Assembly (NCBI RefSeq): GCF_042661105.1
Contig: NZ_JBHSVP010000001.1
Origin: Paracoccus cavernae
GTDB taxonomy: Bacteria > Pseudomonadota > Alphaproteobacteria > Rhodobacterales > Rhodobacteraceae
Direction: 5' to 3' (one strand)
DNA length: 24,000 nt
Numbering within the stretch: position 1 is the first letter of the stretch; every line of letters starts with the position of its first letter. Of this stretch, positions 15,516 to 23,312 are shown one piece after another. The position numbers were made by a program, and so were the translations under genes. The notes under the pieces are model-generated. The model saw nothing but the letters and a program-made list of their open reading frames with translations, was not told the DNA's origin and did no database searches.

Positions 15516-16426
15516 CAGGCCTTGGCTCCGTAAAGGCCCTGCGGGCGGATGATGAGGACCAGCGCCATCAGTACATAGATCAGCACCGAGGCGAGCGCCG
15601 CCCCGACCGGACCGGCATTCGCGCCGATCAGCGGCGCCAGAAGCATCGGCAGAAGCGCCTTGCCGAGCGTGTCGGTCATGCCGACCAGAAGCGCTCCGAT
15701 AAAGGCCCCTTTGATCGAGCCGATGCCCCCGATGACCACGGTCACGAAAGCAAGGATCAGCACCGGCTCGCCCATGCCGACCTGCACCGATTGAAGCGTG
15801 CCGACCAGTGCGCCCGCCACTGCGGCCAGTGCTGCGCCAAGCGCGAAAACGGCGGTATAAAGCGCGCCGATATCGACCCCGAGCGCCGAGATCATCTCGC
15901 GGTCCGCTTCGCCTGCTCGGATACGGATGCCGAGGCGGGTGCGGGTGATCAGGAGCCAAAGCCCGATCGCGATTGCCGCTCCGATCGCGATAATGACGAG
16001 CCGGAAGAGCGGATAGGTCACCCCGCCCGGCAGCGAAACCGCGCCCGAAAGCGCGGGCGGCAGCGAGAGATAGAGCGGGAAGGAGCCGAACAGCCAGCGC
16101 GTGCCCTCGGAAAAGATCAGGATCAGCGCGAAGGTCGCGAGCACTTGGTCTAGGTGGTCGCGACCGTAGAGCCGCCGGATCACCAGCCGTTCGACCAACG
16201 CGCCGATGAAAGCCGCGGCAATGAGGCTGGCCGCGAGGCCGAGCCAATAGGATCCGGTCGCCGCCGCAACCGCCGCGCAGGCGAAAGCGCCGATCATGTA
16301 AAGCGAGCCATGCGCCAGATTGATCAGCCCCATCACGCCGAAAATCAGCGTCAGCCCCGCCGCCATGACGAAAAGCATCATCCCGTATTGCAGCCCGTTG
16401 AGGGCCTGCTCGATGAGCAAGGTCAA
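15515..16426 (-). CDS. Branched-chain-amino-acid-type ABC permease (LivH-like)
   Basis: 303 aa with the typical N-terminus LLIEQALNGLQYGMMLFVMAAGLTLIFGVMGLINLAHG. The start codon at 16426 is TTG, preceded by GGAGA with an 8-nt spacer. Confidence 0.88.
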   Translation of the reverse strand: MTLLIEQALNGLQYGMMLFVMAAGLTLIFGVMGLINLAHGSLYMIGAFACAAVAAATGSYWLGLAASLIAAAFIGALVERLVIRRLYGRDHLDQVLATFALILIFSEGTRWLFGSFPLYLSLPPALSGAVSLPGGVTYPLFRLVIIAIGAAIAIGLWLLITRTRLGIRIRAGEADREMISALGVDIGALYTAVFALGAALAAVAGALVGTLQSVQVGMGEPVLILAFVTVVIGGIGSIKGAFIGALLVGMTDTLGKALLPMLLAPLIGANAGPVGAALASVLIYVLMALVLIIRPQGLYGAKA

Positions 16427-16508
16427 AACTGAAGTCTCCGGTCGGTCGGCACGAGGGTCGCGCCGTGGGCGGTAATGGGGGCGATCACGGGGTTTGGGGC
16501 AAGGCAGG

Positions 16509-16535
16509 CGTCACGCCCCGACAAAGGGCGTGACG
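16509..16535 (-). promoter_or_regulatory. Intercistronic stem-loop between the binding-protein gene and the permease genes
   Basis: Perfect 10-bp stem CGTCACGCCC (16509-16518) / GGGCGTGACG (16526-16535) with a 7-nt loop. It lies 66 nt downstream of the SBP stop inside a 175-nt spacer. No U tract follows on the minus strand. Confidence 0.5.
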
Positions 16536-16601
16536 ATCGGGCGGATGGCGCGGACGGGCCGTGATGCGCGATGCGCAGACGGGCCAAGCCGCGCCGCCTG
16601 C

Positions 16602-17774
16602 TTACATCTTGCATTCGGCCGCATAGGCATCGCCGTGATCGGTCATGGCGGTGGCAACGATCTTGTTGGTGAGCGTGCCGTCCTCGGAAACGACCTCGCG
16701 GACGTAGAGGTCCTGAACGGGATGGTTGTTCGGGCCGAAGCTGAACTTGCCGCGCACCGAGGCGAAATCGGCCGCCTTCAGTGCAGCGCGGAAGCCGTCG
16801 GTATCCGAGGGCTGGGCCTTTTCCAGCGCCGAGGTCAGCAGGTTCGCGGTATCGTAGCCGTAGGCCGCATAGATCGAGGGCAGGCGGCCGTATTCCGCAT
16901 TGAACGCCTCGACGAAGGTCTTGTTGGCCTCGTTGTCGATATCCTTGGACCAGTTCGAGGTGTTCTTGACGCCAAGCGCCGCCTCGCCCACGGCCGGAAG
17001 AACGTCCTGGCTGAAGGAGAATGCCGGACCGATTACCGGCGTTTCGACGCCCGAGCCCGCATATTGCTTCATGAAGGCGATCCCCATGCCGCCCGGCAGG
17101 AAGAAGAAGACCGCATCGGCACCGGCTGCGCGGATCTGGGCGATCTCGGCGGCGTAATCGGTCTGGCCGACCTGCGTATAGACCTCGGAAGCGATCTCGC
17201 CTTTGTAGAAGCGCTTGAAGCCCGCGAGGCTGTCTTTGCCCGCCGGATAGTTCGGCGCCATGATGAAGACCTTCTTGAAGCCCGCGTCATTGGCATAGGC
17301 ACCTGCCGCCTCGTGCAGGTTGTCGTTCTGGTAGGAGACCGAGAAGTAGTTCGGATTGCAGCCCTTGCCTGCCAGCGCCGAGGGCGCGGCATTGGTCGAG
17401 AGGTAGAACTTGCCCTGCTGGACCGCAGCCGGAACCACCGCCATCGCGAGGTTCGACCAGACGATGCCGGTCAGCACGTCGACATTGTCCGACTGGATCA
17501 TCTTGTCGGCGATCTGGACCGCGACATCGGGTTTCTGCTGGTCGTCCTCGATCAGCAGCTCGATGTCCTTGGCCTTGTCGCCCGCCTGTTTCAGCGCCAG
17601 CTGGAAACCGTCGCGCGTGTCGATGCCAAGCCCCGCACCGCCGCCCGAAAGCGTGGTGATCATGCCGACCTTCACGGGATCGGCAAAGGCGGGCGCGGCA
17701 ACGGCAAGCCCCGCGATCAACGCCGTGGTCAGACCAAGGCCGAGGCCCGGCTTTTGGCGGTTGGTGGTGGTCAT
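16602..17774 (-). CDS. Periplasmic substrate-binding protein, Leu/Ile/Val-binding (Peripla_BP_6) family
   Basis: Track ORF 16602..17828, with the start trimmed to ATG 17774 (MTTTNRQKPGLGLGLTTALIAGLAVAAPAFA|DPVKVGMITTLSGGGAGLG). GGAGAG lies upstream. The protein has a signal peptide followed by a type-I periplasmic binding fold pattern. Confidence 0.88.
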   Translation of the reverse strand: MTTTNRQKPGLGLGLTTALIAGLAVAAPAFADPVKVGMITTLSGGGAGLGIDTRDGFQLALKQAGDKAKDIELLIEDDQQKPDVAVQIADKMIQSDNVDVLTGIVWSNLAMAVVPAAVQQGKFYLSTNAAPSALAGKGCNPNYFSVSYQNDNLHEAAGAYANDAGFKKVFIMAPNYPAGKDSLAGFKRFYKGEIASEVYTQVGQTDYAAEIAQIRAAGADAVFFFLPGGMGIAFMKQYAGSGVETPVIGPAFSFSQDVLPAVGEAALGVKNTSNWSKDIDNEANKTFVEAFNAEYGRLPSIYAAYGYDTANLLTSALEKAQPSDTDGFRAALKAADFASVRGKFSFGPNNHPVQDLYVREVVSEDGTLTNKIVATAMTDHGDAYAAECKM

Positions 17775-18072
17775 GGTCTCTCTCCCCGGCGGTGTTCTGA
17801 TTTGTGGCGCTTGACGGCTGTCGCGCATTGGCTCCGGTTTTCGCGCAAAGACCGCAGCAAAGAAAGGGGGCTGCGCGCTTTCATGACCTTTGATGCCGCA
17901 TTTTCTTTCATTTGCCGTGATTTGCGCCTAACGGCGGCCCACGCGCGGCAGGTCCGTCGCCAGTCTGCGCAAGGCCGTTGGGCAGGGAACAAACACGGCT
18001 CTAGGGAATTGAGACAAAAGTGTTCACCCGACGCGGGGCCATGCGACCCGATCAGAGCAGGAAGTCATCGAT

Positions 18073-20628
18073 ATGGCGCCAAACCAGCCGCAGAACGCAT
18101 CACGCGAAGAGACCGTCCTCAACGGGACAGCAGGGCCGCAGATCGTGGCCCTTTCGGAAGGCGACGGCGGCGAGATCATCCGGCTTGCGTCGTGGCTGAT
18201 CGTTGCCGCGATCCTGATCGGCGGGCTTTATGTCGGGCAGGATGTGCTGATCCCGCTCGCGATCTCTTTCCTGATCAGTTTCGCGATGTCGCCTTTGGTC
18301 AACTGGCTGACGCGGCGGGGCCTGTCGCGTGTCCTCTCGGTTTGCGTGGTCATGCTCACGGTGGGCGTCTTCATCGCGGGGCTGGCGCTTTTGGTGACCT
18401 CGCAGGTGCGCACGATCTCGGCCGAGCTTCCGACCTACCAGACGACGATCCGCGCCAAGATTTCGGATCTCGCGAGCCAGATGAAAGGACCGGGCATTCT
18501 GGATGGGGCGCTCGAAACGGTCGATACCGTCCAAAAAGAGGTCGATGCGGCAGTTCACGGCCAAGGCGAGGACGCGGCCCAGAAGGTCGAGGTCGTGCCG
18601 CCGCCGGTTTCTCCTTTCCAAACGGCGCAGGAATGGCTGACGCCGGCAATGGCGCCGCTGGCGACGACCGGTATCGTTCTCGTTTTCGTTTTCCTCGTGC
18701 TGCTTGATCGCGGCGATCTGCGCGACCGGCTGATCCGGCTGATGGGCGGCAACCTCCACCGCTCGACCGATGCACTGGAAGAGGCGGGGCGGCGGATCTC
18801 GAAATATCTGCTGATGCAGATTCTCGTGAACATCATCTATGCGATCCCGATGGGGCTTGGCCTGTGGCTGATCGGGGTGCCGGGAGCGCTTTTATGGGCG
18901 ACGCTTGCCGCCTTCATGCGCTTCATCCCCTATGTCGGGCCGATGCTTTCGGCGCTGTTCCCGCTCAGCCTCGCCTTTGCGGTCGATCCGGGCTGGAACA
19001 TGGTGATCTGGACGCTGGTTCTGGTCGTCGGCCTCGAGGCCATCAGCGGCAATGTCATCGAGCCGATGCTTTACGGCACCAGCACCGGCCTTTCGGCCAT
19101 CGCCCTGATCGCGGCGGCGACCTTTTGGACCGCGCTTTGGGGGCCGGTCGGACTGATCCTCTCGACGCCTCTGACGGTCTGCCTGCTGGTGATCGGGCGC
19201 AATCTGCGACAGCTCCAATTCCTCGAGATCCTGCTGGGATCCGAGCCGGTGCTGGATCTGCCGACGCGCATCTATCAGCGCCTGATCGCGGATGATCCCG
19301 AGGAGGCGATAGAGATCGCGAGCGAGGCGATTGCCGCAAGCTCGGTCGCGGAATTCTATAACGACACCGGCATTGCCGTGCTGCGCCGCACCAGCGAGGA
19401 TTACCACCTCAACGCCGGTCCCGAGCATCGGCTTCGTGTCGCCAACGGCATGGAGACCCTGCTCGAGGAGTTGCAGGAGGACTTCCCCGCCAAAGCCGTC
19501 GAGGAGGCCGCGCGCAACGGTCGGGCAAGGATCGCCTGTATCGGCGGCAAATGGGAGATCGATGCCACGGCCTGCGTCATGCTGGGCCATGCGCTCGCGC
19601 TCGAAGGCTATCCGTCGATGTCGCATCGCGAGGGGGGGAGCCTGTCGGCGCGCGGGCTCGAGCGGCTCGATCTCGCGGGGATCGACGTCGTTTGCCTGAG
19701 CTATTTCAGCGATGATCCCGAGCAGGCCGCGCGCCGCTTTTGCCGCCGCCTGCGCCAGCGCTGGCCCCAGATCAAGATCATCCTCGCCCTGTGGAACGCG
19801 CCCGCAGCACTCTTGACCGCGCAAAAGGTCGGCGAGATGGGCGCGGACGAAGTCGTGACCTCGATCGAGGAAGCGGTCGGCCGCATCGCGCGTCTCGTCC
19901 CGCCTTTGCCGCAAGCCGCAAGCGATGCGGAGGCGAATGACGACGCCGCACCCAAGGGCAAGATCGGCGCGATCGGGCGCACCGTGGCGCAATCGCTTTC
20001 GCTGGGCGCGAAAGGCGGCGACGGACCCAAGGGGCTCTCGCCCTTTGCGCCCCAAGCCATCGCCGCGCTTGCAAGTGACGATGTGCGCGAGGAACTCGAG
20101 GCGGTGGTCAAACGTGCCGCCGATGTCTTCGACGTGAAATACGCCCTGATTGCCGCCGTCGATTCCGGTCGCGAACGTCTGATCGCGCGCAGCAGGGATC
20201 TTCCGGGCTATGACGACGATGACGAGGACAACCCCTTCATCCGCGATCCGGCGGAGGAGGGCGCGGCAGATCAGCTGCCCGACCGCAGCTTCTCGGGGCC
20301 GGTGATCGCACTTGATGGCGTCGATGTCGTGCCCGATACCGAACGCGATCCCGATTTCGCCGATCACCCCGCGCTCAAGCGCTGGCATCAGCGCCTTTAC
20401 GCGGGCGCGCCGCTTCTGGACGGCGAGGGGCGCGCGCTCGGTGCCTTTTGCCTGCTCGACCCCGAGCCGCGCCAGCTCGACGAGGGCGAGCGCGAGCTGC
20501 TGGGTCAATTGGCCGAAGAGGTCGCCAAGCTGTTGATCGGCGAAGAAGCCGTCAAACGCAAAGGCAAGCGCAAGGACAAGAACGGCGAGGCCGGCACGAT
20601 GATTGTGGGCCAGCAGGTTCCCGAATGA
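18073..20628 (+). CDS. AI-2E family transporter fused to a cytoplasmic flavodoxin/B12-binding-like module and a C-terminal GAF domain
   Basis: 851 aa, ATG at 18073 with AGGAAG 8 nt upstream. Residues ~35-385 form an AI-2E membrane domain (FMRFIPYVGPML, EAISGNVIEPMLYG). Residues ~395-610 are a helical region plus an alternating beta/alpha module (RIACIGGKWEIDATACVMLGHALALEGY...DVVCLSYFS...IKIILALWNAP). Residues ~665-825 are a GAF-type domain (YALIAAVD...RLYAGAPLLDGEGRALGAFCLLDPEPRQLDEGERELLGQLAEEVA). There is no in-frame stop. Confidence 0.8.
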   Translation: MAPNQPQNASREETVLNGTAGPQIVALSEGDGGEIIRLASWLIVAAILIGGLYVGQDVLIPLAISFLISFAMSPLVNWLTRRGLSRVLSVCVVMLTVGVFIAGLALLVTSQVRTISAELPTYQTTIRAKISDLASQMKGPGILDGALETVDTVQKEVDAAVHGQGEDAAQKVEVVPPPVSPFQTAQEWLTPAMAPLATTGIVLVFVFLVLLDRGDLRDRLIRLMGGNLHRSTDALEEAGRRISKYLLMQILVNIIYAIPMGLGLWLIGVPGALLWATLAAFMRFIPYVGPMLSALFPLSLAFAVDPGWNMVIWTLVLVVGLEAISGNVIEPMLYGTSTGLSAIALIAAATFWTALWGPVGLILSTPLTVCLLVIGRNLRQLQFLEILLGSEPVLDLPTRIYQRLIADDPEEAIEIASEAIAASSVAEFYNDTGIAVLRRTSEDYHLNAGPEHRLRVANGMETLLEELQEDFPAKAVEEAARNGRARIACIGGKWEIDATACVMLGHALALEGYPSMSHREGGSLSARGLERLDLAGIDVVCLSYFSDDPEQAARRFCRRLRQRWPQIKIILALWNAPAALLTAQKVGEMGADEVVTSIEEAVGRIARLVPPLPQAASDAEANDDAAPKGKIGAIGRTVAQSLSLGAKGGDGPKGLSPFAPQAIAALASDDVREELEAVVKRAADVFDVKYALIAAVDSGRERLIARSRDLPGYDDDDEDNPFIRDPAEEGAADQLPDRSFSGPVIALDGVDVVPDTERDPDFADHPALKRWHQRLYAGAPLLDGEGRALGAFCLLDPEPRQLDEGERELLGQLAEEVAKLLIGEEAVKRKGKRKDKNGEAGTMIVGQQVPE

Positions 20629-20662
20629 CGGCTTGCTGAACGAGGGTTGCGGCGCGGTCTCC

Positions 20663-21589
20663 TTAGCGCGCCGCTTCGCCTTCCGAGAAAAGCGCGGCGA
20701 AGCTTTGCGCCAGCGCGCGCACCACCGGCGAATTCTTGTGCTTGGGGTGGATATAGACCCCGATCTCGGCATCCTCGAGCGCGGGCATGGCGGGATCGTC
20801 CAGCGCCGCCAGCTCTTTGGGCACGATGCGGCGCGACAGTACCGTGACGCCGAAGCCGGTGCTGACCGCGGCTTGAAGACCGGCGAGGCTGGGGCTGGTA
20901 TAGACCAGCTCGTGCGCGCGGCCTGCACCATCCAGCGCCGCGATCATGCTTTGACGGTAGAGGCAGCCCTGCGGATAGCAGACGATGCGGACCGGCGCGC
21001 CATCGGCAGCCGCGCCCGCTGCGGTTTCGCCTGAATTGGTTGCCCTGTTGTCGCTCGCGGGCCAGTGATCCTCGTGTCCGCGCGCGCCGACCCAGGCCAA
21101 GGGCTCGGGCCAATGGCGGAATGCCTTGGCGCTGCCGCCTTTGGGGGTCAGGGCGACGATGAGGTCGTATTGGTCGTCCTCGAGCCCTTTGAACAGCAGA
21201 TGCGAGAGATGGCAGACGACATCAAAGGTCATCTGCGGCTCTTTCTTCGCCAGCTGCGGCATCAGGCGGGGCAGGAAGTGGTCGGCGTAATCATTGGGAA
21301 TGCCGAGTTTCAGCGTGCCGAGACTTTGACGCTGGTTCAGCGCGGCCAGCATCGCATCGTTTTGGGCGAGGATGCGGCGGGCGTGATCGGCGACGATGCG
21401 TCCCTGCTCGCTCAGCTCCAGACTGCTGCCGCGCGCGAAGAGCGTGACGCCGAGCAGTTCTTGCAGGCGCTTCATCTGCAGGCTCATGGCGGGTTGGGTC
21501 CGGCCGAGCTGGTCTCCGGCGCGGCGATAGCCCTTGAGGTCGATAATGGTGACAAAGCTGCGCAGCAGGTCGGTCGGAATATTGCGCAT
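20663..21589 (-). CDS. LysR family transcriptional regulator
   Basis: Track ORF 20663..21760, with the start trimmed to ATG 21589 (MRNIPTDLLRSFVTIIDLKGYRRAGDQLGRTQPAMSLQMKRLQELLG), the canonical LysR HTH N-terminus. The effector-binding domain carries a low-complexity insert (ASDNRATNSGETAAGAAADGAP). Confidence 0.88.
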   Translation of the reverse strand: MRNIPTDLLRSFVTIIDLKGYRRAGDQLGRTQPAMSLQMKRLQELLGVTLFARGSSLELSEQGRIVADHARRILAQNDAMLAALNQRQSLGTLKLGIPNDYADHFLPRLMPQLAKKEPQMTFDVVCHLSHLLFKGLEDDQYDLIVALTPKGGSAKAFRHWPEPLAWVGARGHEDHWPASDNRATNSGETAAGAAADGAPVRIVCYPQGCLYRQSMIAALDGAGRAHELVYTSPSLAGLQAAVSTGFGVTVLSRRIVPKELAALDDPAMPALEDAEIGVYIHPKHKNSPVVRALAQSFAALFSEGEAAR

Positions 21590-21710
21590 CACGGCCTTCG
21601 CTTCAAAACGGGAAGCATGGATTATTCGGCGCTTCGCGGGCAAAGGACAGCGCAAAACGACATCCCCCGCCCAAGAGGCGAGGGAGGCCGCGGATGCAGC
21701 GCGCGGCGCG

Positions 21711-23087
21711 TCAATCGGCCAGCGGCTTGCCCTTGGTTTCATGGCTGGCGCACATGGCAACCAGCGCGATCACGGCAATCCCCGCGAGATACCAGGCGGG
21801 CGCAAGCTTGCTGCCCGTCGCCGCGATCAGCCATGTCGCGATGAAGGGTGCGGTGCCTCCGAACATCGCATTGGCGGTATTGAAGCTGAAGGCAAAGCCG
21901 GAGTAGCGCACGCGGGTCGGGAAGATCTCGGTCAGGAAGCTCGGCAATGTGCCGTCGTTGACGGTCAGCAGAATGCCGAAGAAACACTGGATCAGGATGA
22001 TCGTGCCGAGCGACGCCCCGTCCAGCATCTTGAAAAGCGGGACCGTCAGCAGGATGAAGAAAACCGAGGCGCAGATCAGCGCCGTCTTGCGTCCGAAGCG
22101 GTCCGACAAGGCCCCCATCGCGAAGATCGAGAAGATATAGACCGCAAGCGAGATGCTGACCGCGAGGAAGCTTTCCGTCTCGCCCATGCCCAGCTCGGTG
22201 ATGAGATAGGTCGGCATATAGCTCAGGATCAGGTAGAAACCGACCGCATTAAGGCAGGTGACGCCGATCGCGATGATGATCTCGCGCTTGTGGTCCTTGA
22301 ACATGATCTCGACGGGGAGGGCGGCTGCGTGGTTCTTGTCCTCCATCTCGCGGAATTTCGGCGTATCCTCCAGCTTGAGGCGGATATAGATGCCGATCAG
22401 TCCCAGAGGCAGCGCGAGCAGGAAGGGAATGCGCCAGCCGTAGCTGTGCATCTGCGCCGTATCGAGCAGCCAGAAAAGCCCCGCCGACATCAGCGATCCC
22501 GCCAGTAGCCCCGCCGCCGTGCTGGCCGGCACGAGGCTGGTATAAAGGCCGCGCTTGGCGGGCGGCGAATACTCCGCGATGAACGAGGCCGCGCCCGCAT
22601 ATTCGCCCGCCGCCGAAAAGCCCTGTATCATGCGCAGGACCAGCAAAAGGACGGGAGCGAAAATCCCGATCGTGGCATAGCCGGGCAAAAGCGCGATCAG
22701 CGTCGTCGTCCCCGACATGATCAGGATCGAGGCCGAAAGCGCCGTCCGCCGCCCGATCTTGTCGCCGATCCCGCCCCAGATGATGCCGCCGATCGGGCGG
22801 ATCAGGAAAGAGATCGCGAAAAGCGCGTAGGTCGCCATCAAGGCCGCCGCCGGTGCGATATCGGGAAAAAACACCGCCGCAATCACCGTCGCGAGATAGC
22901 CGTAAGAGGCATAGTCGAACCATTCGACGAAATTGCCCAGAAAGCTTGCGGTGAGCACGCGGCGCATGGTGGCGGGGGGGACGGCATCTGTGACGTCGCC
23001 CGTTTGGGGCGCATGGGGCGAAAGATCGCCTGCGGCGGTATCGGCAGGGCGCAATTCTGCCCCGCCTATGGTCAAGGCGGTGGTCAT
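21711..23087 (-). CDS. MFS transporter, metabolite:H+ symporter (MHS, ProP/KgtP-like) family
   Basis: Track ORF 21711..23168. The MHS signature FLGNFVEWFDYASYGYLA is present, along with 12-TM-like hydrophobicity. I placed the start at ATG 23087 (AGGAG 7 nt upstream). The internal ATG at 22967 has no RBS. Confidence 0.85.
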   Translation of the reverse strand: MTTALTIGGAELRPADTAAGDLSPHAPQTGDVTDAVPPATMRRVLTASFLGNFVEWFDYASYGYLATVIAAVFFPDIAPAAALMATYALFAISFLIRPIGGIIWGGIGDKIGRRTALSASILIMSGTTTLIALLPGYATIGIFAPVLLLVLRMIQGFSAAGEYAGAASFIAEYSPPAKRGLYTSLVPASTAAGLLAGSLMSAGLFWLLDTAQMHSYGWRIPFLLALPLGLIGIYIRLKLEDTPKFREMEDKNHAAALPVEIMFKDHKREIIIAIGVTCLNAVGFYLILSYMPTYLITELGMGETESFLAVSISLAVYIFSIFAMGALSDRFGRKTALICASVFFILLTVPLFKMLDGASLGTIILIQCFFGILLTVNDGTLPSFLTEIFPTRVRYSGFAFSFNTANAMFGGTAPFIATWLIAATGSKLAPAWYLAGIAVIALVAMCASHETKGKPLAD

Positions 23088-23170
23088 CTCGGATCTCCTG
23101 TGGGTCGGGCGGGCCTCCGGCGGGCTGACCTGCCCGTAGGCGGTCAGGGGGATCCGATTGCGCCGCATGT

Positions 23171-23201
23171 CAGCCGTTCCGACTGGGGCAGCCGTTTCGA
23201 C
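23171..23201. repeat. Tandem direct repeat CAGCCGTTCCGAC / CAGCCGTTTCGAC upstream of the MFS gene
   Basis: Two 13-mers at 23171-23183 and 23189-23201 are 12/13 identical, separated by 5 bp (18-bp register). They lie 84-114 nt upstream of the MFS start. Confidence 0.5.
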
Positions 23202-23272
23202 AGCGAACTTGGGCCGATTCCGCCCGCAGCCCAGAAAAGGGAGGTCGCGCTGGCCGCGGGCGGAGCCGAGAG

Positions 23273-23306
23273 GAATGGACCGCAGTCAAAATGCGGCGGT
23301 CCATTC
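23273..23306 (-). terminator. Stem-loop just downstream of the creatinase-like gene (possible terminator or attenuating hairpin)
   Basis: Perfect 11-bp stem GAATGGACCGC (23273-23283) / GCGGTCCATTC (23296-23306) with a 12-nt loop, starting 6 nt after the stop codon. No U tract follows, hence the modest confidence. Confidence 0.4.
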
Positions 23307-23312
23307 GGGAGG

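Noticed and set aside
16494-18707. 737-aa plus-strand ORF
   Set aside because: It is antisense to the SBP gene, then runs through the divergent intergenic region and out of frame into the AI-2E/GAF gene. It has no recognisable domains. It is a shadow ORF.
18892-20931. 679-aa minus-strand ORF
   Set aside because: It is antisense to the AI-2E/GAF fusion gene and is Arg/Asp/Gly-rich. The plus-strand frame has clear transporter and GAF signatures.
21600-21616. GCTTC-N7-GAAGC inverted repeat (formally a T-N11-A LysR-type box) just upstream of the LysR start codon
   Set aside because: It is a short 5-bp stem lying within 11-27 nt of the ATG, in RBS/5'-UTR territory rather than at the usual -65 LysR autoregulatory position. 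That is too weak to call either an operator or a terminator for the upstream MFS gene.
1298-23168. N-terminal extensions offered by the ORF track: paaZ to 3529, paaD to 6530, paaJ to 9215, LivM-like to 16247, SBP to 17828, LysR to 21760, MFS to 23168, and the first AI-2E gene from 20
   Set aside because: The extensions overlap upstream genes or control regions, are Arg/Pro/Ala-rich and lack homology. Internal ATGs with Shine-Dalgarno sequences give N-termini that match the respective families.
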